Shown here piece after piece: positions 12,259-24,589 of a DNA stretch of 64,000 nucleotides (positions are counted from its first letter, which is position 1; every line of letters starts with the position of its first letter). A program made the translations under genes and the position numbers. Source of the stretch: Zancudomyces culisetae HAW-14-8 (taxonomy: Eukaryota; Fungi; Kickxellomycota); NCBI GenBank assembly GCA_052426225.1, contig JBNJNM010000011.1, positions 1,178,001-1,242,000 of the forward strand. Reading direction: 5' to 3'. Below the pieces are notes generated by a model that was not told where the DNA came from, did no database searches, and saw only the letters and a program-made list of their open reading frames with translations.

Positions 12259-13722
12259 ATGGCAGACGACAGAATCCCGATTTGGTTAGACTGTGATCCA
12301 GGTCAGAAGTCTTTAAACACTACACAAAGAAGGGCGCCAAACCCCGGCTTTGGCAATCTTAAAAAAATAATATCCAATTCCAATGGTTGTTTAATACCTT
12401 TTTTTAACAAAAAAAAATAGGCCAGGATGATCTCCACGCAATTATCTTTACTAGTAAGTGTGCGAGCATACTTTATATGAGATTCAGCTTTGAAGATTTT
12501 AATTGATATGCATCCTTTCGCACACGTAGAATTTCACCCAAAGCTAAAGCTTCTTGGGATAACAGCTGTGCATGGAAATGCAACACTTGATAGAACCTTT
12601 AAAAATGCTTCAAGAGTCCTTAAAGCCTGTAACGTCAAGGATGTTAAGGTGTATGCTGGCGCGGAGAAGGTACAGTACATATAACTTAATATGATGCAGG
12701 AAGACCTTTTGGTTTTGAGCAACTTAATTTGGCACTTTATAGCGTTAGCTCGCTACCTCTTTGTATTATTAATTATCTACTGCTTCTAGAACCTGTACTA
12801 TAAACATATATTACTATAGCCCCTGCTAAAATACAAAGAAAACGCCACTCACATTCATGGTGAAACTGGTTTGGATGGCAGTGATTTATTGCCAGATGAA
12901 GATTATTCACTGATGCAATCAGGAGTAAATGGTATTAAGGCGATGGCCGAGGGTATCATGAATTCACCAGAACCAGTAATTGTCGCCGCTATAGGTCCAA
13001 TGACCAATGTAGCATTATTGCTTTCAACTTTTCCAGAAGTCAAAAGCAACATTCGTGAGGTTCTGATCATGGGTGGTGGTATAGGATTTGGTAACGTGAC
13101 AAAGACAGCCGAATTCAATATTTTTGTAAGTATTTTAACTAGAGTATCACCACCGAATAGAAATAATTCTATCAACAACAGAAATATGAATTGGAGATAC
13201 ATGAATTTACCTAAGATACACAAATTATATATATAACTATATACGCATTAGGCTGACCCAGAGGGGCTACAAGTAATTCTACAAGCTGGACTGGATAGAG
13301 TGGTTATGGTTCCCTTAGACTGCACCCACAAATGCAGCTATACCTCAGAAGTTCAGCAAAAGTTTACTGATATGGCTACTCCAATTAATCCCGCGTTTAC
13401 AAAGATGATTAATGACCTGACTGCCTTTGTACGAAAAAGCTATGTTAACTGGGGATTGGATCCAGAGGATATGCATTGGCATGATGCAATTGCCGTCTGT
13501 CATGCTGTAAGACCAGATGCTTTTGATGATGTCCCTATGCTTGTTAAAACAGTGTGTGGAGAAAATGACCCAAACAATGGTCAAACGGTAGGAGATAGAC
13601 ACATTTCAGAGCACAAGCCTGCGAACTGCATTGTTTCTATGGACATGAATTCTGAGATTTTCTGGGAGGAGATGTTTAAGGTGTGGGAGTTGGCTGCCAG
13701 ATCCTCAGATTTGAAATTTTAA
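12259..13722 (+). CDS. URH1: Inosine-uridine preferring nucleoside hydrolase (URH1-like); 5 exons (12259-12301, 12421-12453, 12530-12669, 12820-13125, 13252-13722)
   Basis: Spliced N-terminus MADDRIPIWLDCDPGQDD (DxDxGxDD motif), TAVHGN, HIHGETGLDG, GPMTNVAL, AEFNIF|ADPE, WHDA. Confidence 0.92.
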
Positions 13723-14363
13723 TTTTTTTCTAGTTTCTTCTCTGCTCTTTTTCCCATCTTTAGTATAATTTACGGGCTACTATGATATAGTTAGAGTACA
13801 CTTGCAAAAATCAGCATGTAGAGTAGCTTTTCTGTCCCCTAACACCTAGTAAAGTATTTCTACGCTAATCTCTTTCATTTCTCCTACGTCAAACACAAAC
13901 ATTGAATAGATGCGTTCATGTGCTTTCGGCCAAGATTATTTTTGCTCTTATGTTGTAATACAATAGTGTCACTGTCATCATGAGCTGCACTTTGTCAGGA
14001 TCAAAAAAAACGAAAATGATTCGTGATTTTTGTCTGTCTGAAGATGCTGTCAAGAACAGATTGGAAATCCGCCCGGCTGTGCACAGATTTCTGGAAGGCA
14101 AAAAAATATTACCTTCCACAAACCATGGACTCAGCCAAGGGAACATTCTATTAGCTGGATTAGCAGACCATTTTAGCGTTGGTGGGATAAATCCCCTCAC
14201 TAATACGGTCGAATAGCCGGCTGTATAATTAAAAACACTATCACGTAATAGCGGTTGTTAAGACAAACCGTTTTGATAGCTATCCTCACTTATGGGTAAT
14301 TTTTTCCATTCTGATTTCATTCTGATTTCATTCTTTTTGAAATAGTTTTTATTATTTTTGCTG

Positions 14364-14437
14364 TGACTCATGTATGATTTATTTAAAAGAGTGGGAAATT
14401 TTGGGAATCCAATTATCTGCAGTTAAGTATGCACGTG
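14364..14437 (+). promoter_or_regulatory. TGACTCA (AP-1/Gcn4-type) and CACGTG (Pho4-type E-box) upstream of VTC1
   Basis: Exact motifs at 14364-14370 and 14432-14437, about 260-330 bp before the VTC1 ATG. Short motifs that could occur by chance. Confidence 0.3.
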
Positions 14438-14697
14438 TATGGGCTCGAAATTTTTTTCCAGTACTGATAATAGTTTCCCCACCCTCCTCAAGCTTTATAA
14501 TGTTGCTCCGCAATTGGGCAAATTGAGGCACGAGCGAAATTTAAAAGCTTAATTATATTTTATTCCTAGGACATTTATTTTGTAGTTGAAGGGAGGAGGT
14601 AAAGTTAAAAAAGGCAGGAAAAAAAATTGTAAAACTCTGATATATCTTTTGACGCATAAAATATCCATATTGTAAAACATAGATCCCACAATACGCG

Positions 14698-15329
14698 ATG
14701 AAAAAACTTCAAAATAGCCCATACGTAATTGCGACACAAGGACATACTCTCCTTGAACTGGAAAACCAGCCAAAAGAAACAGATGCATTGCTAGTTAACG
14801 CAAAGGGATCGGCCAGCTCCTCCAAATCGTATAAGGGATACTCAGCACTTGGTGATTCGTCTTCATCCAAGAAATCACTGGATAATGGGAAAAAGCAGGC
14901 TAAACGTGCAGCTGTGCCTGTCAGAGTCGAACCAAAGGTATTTTTTGCAAATGAAAGAACATTTATATCATGGCTGAACCTATCGGTGTTGTTAGGATCA
15001 TTAGCCATAGGCCTCTTAAATTTTGGCGACAGAACCAGCAAAATTGCAGGGGTTGGGTTTACAATCATTTCGGTAGTTTTGATGTGTTACTCACACTACC
15101 TGTATTGTCAAAGGGATAGGATGATAAACAACCGCGAACCTGGGCCCTACGGTACGTACCTTTTAGTATTTATTTTATTTTTCCCTGCATGATTACACTT
15201 TTACCTATGTATTTACACTATTTTTTTTTGTCTGTAAAAATAGCAAGTAGGAAGCTACCGACAATAGTTGTCATTGTGCTTACTTTTTTGGTGTTATTAA
15301 ACCTTTTTATGAATCTCAAGGACATTTAG
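14698..15329 (+). CDS. VTC1: Vacuolar transporter chaperone 1 (DUF202 three-TM protein); 2 exons (14698-15151, 15244-15329)
   Basis: PVRVEPKVFFANERTFISWL signature, three hydrophobic segments and EPGPY. Exon 2 supplies the last TM (PTIVVIVLTFLVLLNLFMNL). Confidence 0.9.
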
Positions 15330-17052
15330 ATATATTATTTTTGATGTAAATGTTTATATACCATACCAAATTGACCATAGGTTTAGGTTTTAGAAGTGTA
15401 TTTAATTTATCTTGTTAAAAAAGTAAATATTACGCAAAGATGGAAAGATGTGTAGTTACAAAGGTCAAATAGTGTACCATCTAGCGTTTGAAGTTATTAA
15501 GTGCATCCACCCACATTGAGCATTGTCATCGAATCCCGAATCGTTGTGGTGTATAACTTTTAAAAAATCTCAGTAAACGATGTGTGCGTGTACAAGCTTG
15601 ACTTTGTTAAGTGCTGTGGTTAGCGGATAGGAAATACGTCTATTTCCATATTCTTCCTTTGGTTTAGCAAAAACAAAAAGTGAAACAAACAAGAAAAATG
15701 ACTAATAATGTGAGAAAGTGGTGGTTCTCATAGCCTCAGCAAACGTAGATAGTTGCCTTTAATCGGAAATCATAAACACTTTTTTCGATCAGCCCATATT
15801 CCAACCATGGGGACCTTTTATTTTTGCACATTGTAGTTACAGCATTCGTTAGCACTCAATTTTAAAGGAGGATAGTCAAAAGACATTACTATATGCCCTT
15901 TTTTTTTGTTTCTGAAGAAGATTAACAATAGGTAAGGAATTAGCATGTATCTGGTTGATAAAATGTTTGTAATTACTAAGTTATGAACATACAATATGAT
16001 TACTATATTCATTTTCACCAGTGCTTGAAATATGGTTATTATGAATGCTTCACAATTTTCTCGGAAAACTATTCCTTAAATGCATTCCAGCCTTTTTTTT
16101 TATATAAATTATACATACCTGGAATTCCGATAGTGTTAAGTGGGATTATTTAAAATAATAAAACTTTTAAAATAATAAAACTACAGTGATAGTTACCCTT
16201 ACCATAGCAGAATTATATTAAGTCATATAAATGCTCTTGGTTGCTTGTACTTATTTCTTTGGCACCAACTAATGGGCAGACAATTGATAGTTATATTTGT
16301 GGTATTTTTTTTTGCCATTTTCTTTATTACAATTGTGCCATTTTCTTTGTATGTTATTAAACCAAAATAAATAATTTTACAAAAGCGTTTTAAAGTTTAA
16401 TTCTAAGATGTATATAATTCATCCAAAGCGTTGTAACATTTATTTTTAAAAAGTTTCAATGAATAGGACAACAAGGTCAATAAGGTCTATAAGGGTAATA
16501 CACATTTATCAAAGACTAATACACAATCCACATATTTAATTGTACAGGCCATTTCTTTAAAAACTCGTTTTATTTCGTATCTTCGTAAATAATTATATCT
16601 AGTTTATTTATGTTCATTTTGGAAGACCTTTTGAAAATGTAGGTTGCACCTAGTATTACTTGTATTTAATTGTTTTAATTTAAGCAAAAAGCGACTACAA
16701 AGAGGCAAACCTTGGGAGAAACAATGTAGCAAATGCAAAAAATATTTTTTTAGCAACAGTACTATACTCAGTATTGAAGTTTTTTTTTTTACCTTGTCAT
16801 TGTTTGCAAAAGCTGACAGTTAATACCAAAGGTAGTAATGATACACTCTGACAAGTATTATAGCTATGCTCATAAATAAAAAGAGTTCAGTATTGGAACT
16901 TGCTAGAGATATAAAAAGGAGGATTTTGGCATTCGTCTACTCAATAAATATATCCTCTTCTATTGTATCGGTTTCCCTGAAAGTATTATATAGTTTCTTA
17001 ATCTCGCTTAAGCTAATACTAACACAAAAAAATCCCTAATTTTACGAACGTC

Positions 17053-17755
17053 ATGTTTAAGCAAGTACTAATCGCAATCTCTCTAGTTGCTCTTAACGTA
17101 AATGCTCAAGGTAACTAATGATAGATTTTCAGTCTCTATTTGCGCCCCGTTAATTTGATTTCTACAAACAAAGAATTAATTCATCACCCATTTAAACTTT
17201 AAATTAGGTCTAAACTGCCAGGCAGAATGCGCAGGATATCAAAATGCGGCTGAGTGCCTTTCCGACTGCAATCAGTATGTTGCAAAGCTAAGCGCAGCAA
17301 ACACTGTTGCGCGCCCTGCTACAGCCCAAGTAATTAAAAATAGCTTGGCTAGTAGCGCCGCAGAGGTAATGAGCTCCCAGAAAGATGCTATGTCAAGTCT
17401 TTTGGCAGATCAGTCTTCGCTATCTGAAATAAATGAAGACGCTGTCAATAGAAAGTCAAAGACCGATGACAACGAGACTTATACTTCACAATCATTATAT
17501 ACATCTGCTACCTCCAGCTACGCTTCCACCAGCTACCGCTCCACCAGTTACGCCTCCACAACAGCAAAAAGTCAAACCTATTCTCGCACAGGAGAAATGA
17601 ATACTTCTGGAGGATCAAACAGCTACTCCTCCAAGTCATCAGTGCAACCAAGAATCTTCTCTGAATCAGCTGGAAGCACAAAGGCCATTGGTTCCCAAAC
17701 AACTAAAGCTGTTGGCGTTATCCTTGCCGTTTCGTTAGTCGGTCTATTTATTTAA
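17053..17755 (+). CDS. Secreted, putatively GPI-anchored Ser/Thr-rich cell-surface protein with N-terminal CX3C-X8-CX3C motif; 2 exons (17053-17110, 17208-17755)
   Basis: Signal peptide MFKQVLIAISLVALNVNA, then QGLNCQAECAGYQNAAECLSDC, an S/T-rich stalk, an ESAG omega-like region and a hydrophobic C-terminus. In frame with ORF 17345-17755. TATAAAA near 16910. Confidence 0.85.
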
Positions 17756-18227
17756 TCGAGATCTGAGTATGGTGTGGATTTCAGGCTGTTGAACTCAATA
17801 GCGAATTATCCGCTAGCCGCCTGATGCTGGCTCTAATCGCCACCAACATATTTTTTTAGCTATATGTAAATAGAATATGGCCTTTTCTTTTTTCAAAAAT
17901 ATTCCTCACAAATGAATATAATCGTCCTAACATAAGAACACTATTGAAAGCTATCGCAAAACTAGCTTTATGTGTTTTTTCATTTTTTTTAATGAGTACT
18001 ATTTGAAATGCAAAGTCGAGTATACTTTACTGTGAAAATAAGCCGATGTGTGTATTTTTGTAACTAAAACCCCTGAAATGCTTTGGGTGTAAATAAGTTT
18101 CTTTTATTACAGGTAGTACAAGTGAGGGATTGTACACGCATTTACTACCCCCTTTCTACAATAAAAAAAGGCGGAGTATGTCATCCGAAAGAAACAACAG
18201 TAAAAATAGACAGTACTGGGTCTGAAA

Positions 18228-18839
18228 TCAAGCTTCGATCTTTTTTTTGCTCTGCTCGTATCTACAGAAAAATGAAATTGAATATTATAGTAGTCGTTAG
18301 TATATTTTTATAGCTTAAGTAAAAATAAAAAAGAGAAAATCCACATACTTATAAATCCGAGCTAATTGATAAACACCACATAGGCCAACAAAGAAATTTG
18401 AAGCAGACAATGGATAGTTTTTTGGCTTAATAATCAAACACCATCGAGTCCAAATGAGTCCAGACACAGCGAGTGTTGTTTGCTGCCCAACAGAAAGTTT
18501 TTCCGCAGGACGATTTAGATCGCCCAAACCTGCTATAACAAGGGCCCATTTCATCAAGGGGGCCCAAAAATGTACGGTCTTGGGGCCTATTTTAAAATCA
18601 AGGATCTGTGTTAATTCATTTTGCATTCCATCTTTTACATGAGTGTTGAAAAGTATAAATGCAAAATTTCCGAAGCAAAAGCGCGTAAATTAACATCTAG
18701 GAGGAAATCTCGTTTCTATGCTGTGCCATTTTGCTTGCAAATATAGAGTTACTAGCGTGAAAATACAAAAAATAAGCACTAAAGAGGACTTACCGACTGG
18801 TGAATTCCAAAGAGACTTAAATCTAGAAGCAGTGGTCAT
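18228..18839 (-). CDS. MPC2: Mitochondrial pyruvate carrier 2; 3 exons (18794-18839, 18349-18586, 18228-18261)
   Basis: WNSPVG|PKTVHFWAPLMKWALVIAGLGDLNRPAEKLS...IWTRWCLIIKPKNYPL is the MPC2 signature; introns are in phase. Confidence 0.93.
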
Positions 18840-19877
18840 GATTATATTTGTTTTTTGAGCGCCCCTAATATCCTTGTATATCAATATTATTAATTCTACA
18901 ATCTAGATGCACAAGTTGAGGTTTATTTTCATTTTTCAAACTGAGTTTTCAAAATTAAATTTTTTTTTACAGTTTCATTACAAAGTACCATAGAACCTTC
19001 ACCTTTCCAGCCTATTTGGCCTTATAACATGAAGGATTGCAGCATTTTTGCCTGAGTTTACCACTGTTTATTTATACATTTGTGATTAATTCCCGATTCA
19101 AGGGGTAAAACCCAAGATTAAAGAAGAAAAAAATGCAATAGTCGTGTTAAAAAAATGCTCTTAATTGGTGCTCAGAAATGTTTCACAAACACTACCACTT
19201 GGGCCGGAAAACTAGTTGCAAAATTTCGAAATAGAATATCTCCCACTCACCCCCCACCCTCACGGGGATACTCAGCAAATGAGATTGGTCAAAGAAAAGA
19301 ATATAAACGGATTTTAAGCTGCACTGTGAACAAATGGTTAGCAATTGAGGAAAGTGTATAAAGTAGATATGAAGCGTGCGGATTCTCTTATTCATATTAC
19401 AATTTTGTTAGTTTAGTGTTGAACACAAGCCACAAGACGAGGATCCAAGAATCCTAAAAGACGTAAAAAATTGAAAGTCATATATTTCTACTATTAGAGA
19501 CTATGATAAAGGTGAAGGTAGCCGAGTTTTGGCAGTGAATAGGTTTGAAATACATATGATTAAGTAAATTGCTCTGTATAATATAGAAAACATCTTGTAA
19601 TGATACCAATTGAAAAAAGGAAATACAAACAGTAAATAATTCAAATATTTGTAGACTGTCTAATTTTATCGAACTCTAACGATTAAGGCTGGATCGGAGT
19701 GTATTTGTATAGAATCTAACATGTTTTGTGGCCATATAAAATAAGCCATCAATGATAATTTATAGCTGGTAGGGGAACTCTAATTCATTTGAATATGCCA
19801 AAAAGTAGCTGATATTAAATGCACAGGTGGTGTTTTGTTTTATTTTATTTTATTTTAGAGAACTGGTAAGTGGGAAT

Positions 19878-19919
19878 GGGAGAGAGGGAGAGAGGGAGAG
19901 AGGGAGAGAGGGAGAGAGG
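19878..19919 (+). repeat. (GGGAGAGA)5 tandem repeat
   Basis: Directly visible; regularly spaced GGG runs. Confidence 0.9.
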
Positions 19920-20426
19920 TAAAAAGGATAAAATACTAGTGTATAGTGGAATGTGAAGCATAATTTAGATATCGAGCACATTTAACCCAGATGGAGGAGA
20001 AACGTGGTTATAATTGGATATTTGACTTATTTTTGCATTATTTTTCAAACAATAAACTAAGTAGCACAATAATTATAAAGTTTTGCAAATTGTGTGGCTC
20101 AATACCTAACTACTCAATTTATATTAACTATTTATGTACAAACTACAATGTAATAAAATGATGTAGATGTATAGTAGCTAGAACACAGATGTATCATTCA
20201 TTACCGGAATATTAAAACTCAACAGGTGCTAGTATCAAAGTAAATAGTATTATCAACCTTTTAGGGTTATACAAATATAGGACCCGGATGTGTTGTCAAA
20301 TAATGACGTATTCCTTCGATATGTTTGTTTGTTCTAAACCAAATGCCAGTGGTGATGTACAATGTTGGCCACACCTCAAAAAAGTCAGAATACTGACTTG
20401 AACGCACTTTGTTCTCCTCTCTTCTT

Positions 20427-20582
20427 CCCACCCCACCTCACCTCACCCCACCTCACCTCACCCCACCTCACCTCACCCCACCCCACCTCACCTCACCCCA
20501 CCTCACCTCACCTCACCTCACCTCACCTCACCTCACCTCACCTCACCTCACCTCACCTCACCTCACCTCACCTCACCTCACC
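20427..20582 (+). repeat. (CCTCA/CCCCA)n pentanucleotide microsatellite, about 30 copies
   Basis: Directly visible; produces the spurious SPHLT-repeat ORFs. Confidence 0.95.
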
Positions 20583-21227
20583 TTCTCTTCGTTTTTTTTT
20601 TGACAGTACGGGTTGTGATTTTAGGGTTCGATTCAAAAGCGGAAAAAACGTTTTATTGAAATTTATATCAACTATACCCGAAAAAAATGTGGTAGTTGAT
20701 GTTTCTAGTACATATATTGGCCAACAAGTGAAACATTATTTAGTTATTTTTATTTGCAATATAGAGGGTGATGTTTCATCAAGCTAATTGGCTTTAAAGG
20801 CATGGCCCGAAATTGCGTTAATTAAAGTAGTAAGTAAAATAAGAAGGGTTTCAATCAAGCATACAAATTTTATGTTTATGGTGGGAGGGGAAAACCCATG
20901 TATATTCATATGGACCAAAAGAAAAAAAAGGCCCACAAAAAAATCAGACTGGCGAGAATTCAAGTAAATATTGGTGTCGTAAAAAAAAAAGCTAATTTCG
21001 TGAAAAGCGAGTTGTAATAACACCGCAATGAGACAAAAATTATACTTACAAAAAAAATTTGTATAGCGGCATGCTATTACTGGGAAAAAAGGCTAGTTAT
21101 TGCATTTAAATATTCAAAACGATTTAAAACTGTGGAATAGGTGTAGCATATTTGGCATTGAGTAAAACGATAATCAGGGTTTTTTGTAGATGCACCTTTT
21201 TGTTGTGTTCTAAAAATAGTTTGTAAA

Positions 21228-23955
21228 ATGACAGTAGTTGGTAAGTACATTGGCCTAGCTGTATATAAATTATCCAGTGCCAAGGACAATATACTTTTGA
21301 TACGGTTTTTAATACTGGTTGTTGGCAGAAAAATTCGACAAAATTAGAAAACAGTTCTACTCGAATGATTATCAATCGCTGGAAATAATAATAGAAATAT
21401 CAACGATCGAGATCTAAAGTAATTTTTTTTAAAAATATTGTAGGCCTTGATATCGGAACATTTCAGACAGTAGTGGGCGTTGCAAAGAATCGAGGAGTCG
21501 ATATTTTACTAAATGAATTCTCAAACAGAACCACGCCGTAAGTTATTACTCAAATATTTGTATAAGCACATCTTTGAGATGGATTTCTGCTTCTCTCTAA
21601 AGTGTTCACACCTTTATTCGTATATTTTGTGAACGAATTCATTAATTCAATTTATTTTTTTGTCTTTTCTGTCGTACAGGAGTTGTTCACAGATTTATTT
21701 ATAAAGATATAAGAGCCATTTAGTAGAATGAATATATAAAATTGAATACGAATAAGGCAAAGAGTAGCCGATGGCCAACCAAAAATGATACTAACTAAAA
21801 AATGATGTACAACCTTAGAACGATATTGTCGTTTGGACCTACTAGAAGATATTTCGGGGAGATGGCAAGAGGTTTTGAGACGAATAACAATTACAGTACA
21901 TTCAAAAACTTCCTCAGGGTTATAGGGAGAAAGTTGAGTGACAATGATGTTCTTGAAATAGAAGGCAAGTACATCGATGGTGAGATGCTCATGGTAGATG
22001 ACGAGATCGGATTCGAGGTTATGTACCGGGGTGAAAAATCACGATTTTCTACGACGCAGCTTTTAGGGATGTATCTAAATTTATTGAAGGAAAATGCGGA
22101 TAAAATTTCGGGAACAAGTATGTCCGAGGTAGTTCTGGCAGTTCCCACATGGTTTAATGATGTACAGAGAAGGAGTGTGATACGAGCTTGTCAAACAGCA
22201 ACAATTAACTGCCTAGGATTATTAAATGAAAATACGGCAGCGGCTTTGAGTTATGCTCTTGATAAGCTAAAACTTGAAGGGAGTGATAGCCAGGTGGTCG
22301 TTTTTGTAAACATGGGGTATAGTAACTTTACTGTATCGATTGTGGAGTTTAGTGCACAAAAATTGAAGGTGCGCTCATCAAGATGTGCGAAAAACTGTGG
22401 GGGAAGGGATTTAGACATGGCGTTATTTAAGTATGTAAAGAGGATTATAAAAAACAAGTATAAAGTCGATATAGAAGATCTTAAAAAGGCAAAAATACGG
22501 CTTATGAAGGAGTGTGAGCGAGTAAAAAAAATACTGTCAGCCAACCAGAGCGCCAATTTGGTAATAGAAAACATTATCGATGATGTGGATATCAATGAAA
22601 CAATTACGAGGGAAGAGTTTGAAGAAATTATTAAAAAAGTGCTGAAACATACGAAAACTCCCTTGAAGGAAGTATTGAGCGATGCTGAAATGGAAGTCAA
22701 GGATGTTGATGTCGTGGAGGCGATTGGTGGAACAATTAGAATCCCAGCCGTAAAAAATAGTATTTCCAAATTTTTTAAACAGGCTATAAAGTTTAGTATG
22801 AACATGGAAGAAGCAGTTGCACGGGGGTGTACTCTATATAGTGCCATTCTGTCTCCAAAGTATAAGACAGTGGATTTTAAAATCAGTGACATTACAAGCT
22901 ATGGTATTTCGTTTAGGAGTGATGTATACAAAACAATACATAGCAGCGTGGAACCGGTATATAGACCACATTGTTATTTTCCAGTGAGCAAAACACTAAC
23001 GTTCTGTACGAATCGGTCGTTTATTGTACATGCGGTATATCAAGACTCCGGTAACACAGAAAATGATAAAGATATCTCCATACTCAGATTTAAGGTCTGC
23101 GGAGTTGAAGGCGCTGCAAAGGGAATAAATACACCTATAATAAAAGTAGCGACGTATTTGACACGCAATGGAACGTTAGTAATAGGAAATGCAACTCTTT
23201 GTAAAAAGTTTAACGATAGTGCTATCGGAATGGACGGAATTCCGCAAATTAGCCTGGATGAGTGTGAACTGGATTCGAAAAATACTCATACAGACAGACT
23301 TAGGCGGATAACTGAACTGAAAGTGGAGATAACTTCCCAGAATTTTTCGAATAGCAGGCTGCTTGAATATATTAATACAGAAAGCAAAATGTTGGATGCA
23401 GATAAAAACTCTATATTGACCGAAAACGCCAAAAATAATCTGGAAGAGTATATATATGAAATTGGCGATAAGCTAAAAGGCGAATATCTTGAATATGTTG
23501 CACCTGACCAATTGGAGTCTTATCAAGATTCGCTTAGCAAAACTCAAAAGTGGTTGTATACTGAAGACGCAGCCAAAGCAGATTATTCCATACTTAGCAA
23601 CAAGCTCAATAGACTCAAGTCCTTTGGCGATTCTGTAGTTGAGCGTGCCAATGATCACATCGAGCTAACTACCGCCATAAAGTCATTTGAAGATCAGCTT
23701 TTAAAATGGGCAGAGTTTTTACACAATCCACCAGCTGAACATAGGAGCTTATCAAAGTCGGCTAAAAAAAAGATCTCAGGCATACTGGATCGGAATTCTG
23801 ATTGGCTCAAAAAACTGGCACAGCGACAAACAGGCTTAAGCTTGTATGAGCCACCAGTTATGAACTCACGGATGGTTCTTAGAGAATTGGATAAGATGAA
23901 TAAATCTATAGGAGAGTCATTGAAAAAGACATCAAGCTTCTTTTTTTACTCTTGA
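21228..23955 (+). CDS. Hsp110/Sse-family Hsp70-like chaperone, divergent; 3 exons (21228-21240, 21444-21537, 21819-23955)
   Basis: Spliced N-terminus MTVV|GLDIGTFQTVVGVAKNRGVDILLNEFSNRTTP|TILSFG; GGRDLD, LKKAKIRLMKECERVKKILSAN, NMEEAVARG, NAKNNLEEYIY..QKWLY. TACTAAC branch point at 21789. Confidence 0.9.
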
Positions 23956-24589
23956 TACTTATGTTTGCAAAAAAAGTTCCCATTTCCCACTTTCCATTTT
24001 TGCACTTTCTCCCATTTTGTGTATATATTGATCTTGAAATAGCCTTAAGATAAATCTAGCAAGCTTATCCTTAATTTGTATTTAGTGTTTTACTGTAAAT
24101 GTACAGTATAATAATATCGTGGTTACCAGCTTCAAATGAGAATGAGTTTTAGAAAACTTGATGTTATGTGTGAGGTGGCTAAGGACATTTATATCACATT
24201 TATTAAATTAATATAAGCTATAGTCTATTCTCTTTGAAGTTTGGGGTGAGAAGAAAGAGGGGGAGGTGGGGGGCGGATAAAAAGAACATAGGGGGTGGTG
24301 TGCAAAAAACGCACCGAAATTTCTGTGCTGGTTGTTATTTTATCCACATCCATGTGTTCAAACTTGTGCTTTAAAACTGTCTTTATGATACAGCAAAATG
24401 TGTTAATTTGTACAGTGATGAAAAAGGCCTGGTTTATGTAATAATTAATATTTCAACTCCAGAAATGGATATAAATTCATAAAGCAAAAAGAAAGCAAGC
24501 TATAACAATAAAAACAAACACTAGATACAGCAATAGGCCAGCATAGTACAAATTTGAAAAGCAGGTATATTCCAGAAAAGAACGAAAAA

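Noticed and set aside
20362-20603. SPHLT/PPHLT repeat proteins
   Set aside because: Translation of a non-coding pentamer microsatellite.
7981-24322. Recurrent CGAAATTT motif near several promoters
   Set aside because: It also occurs several times inside coding regions; enrichment cannot be established by eye.
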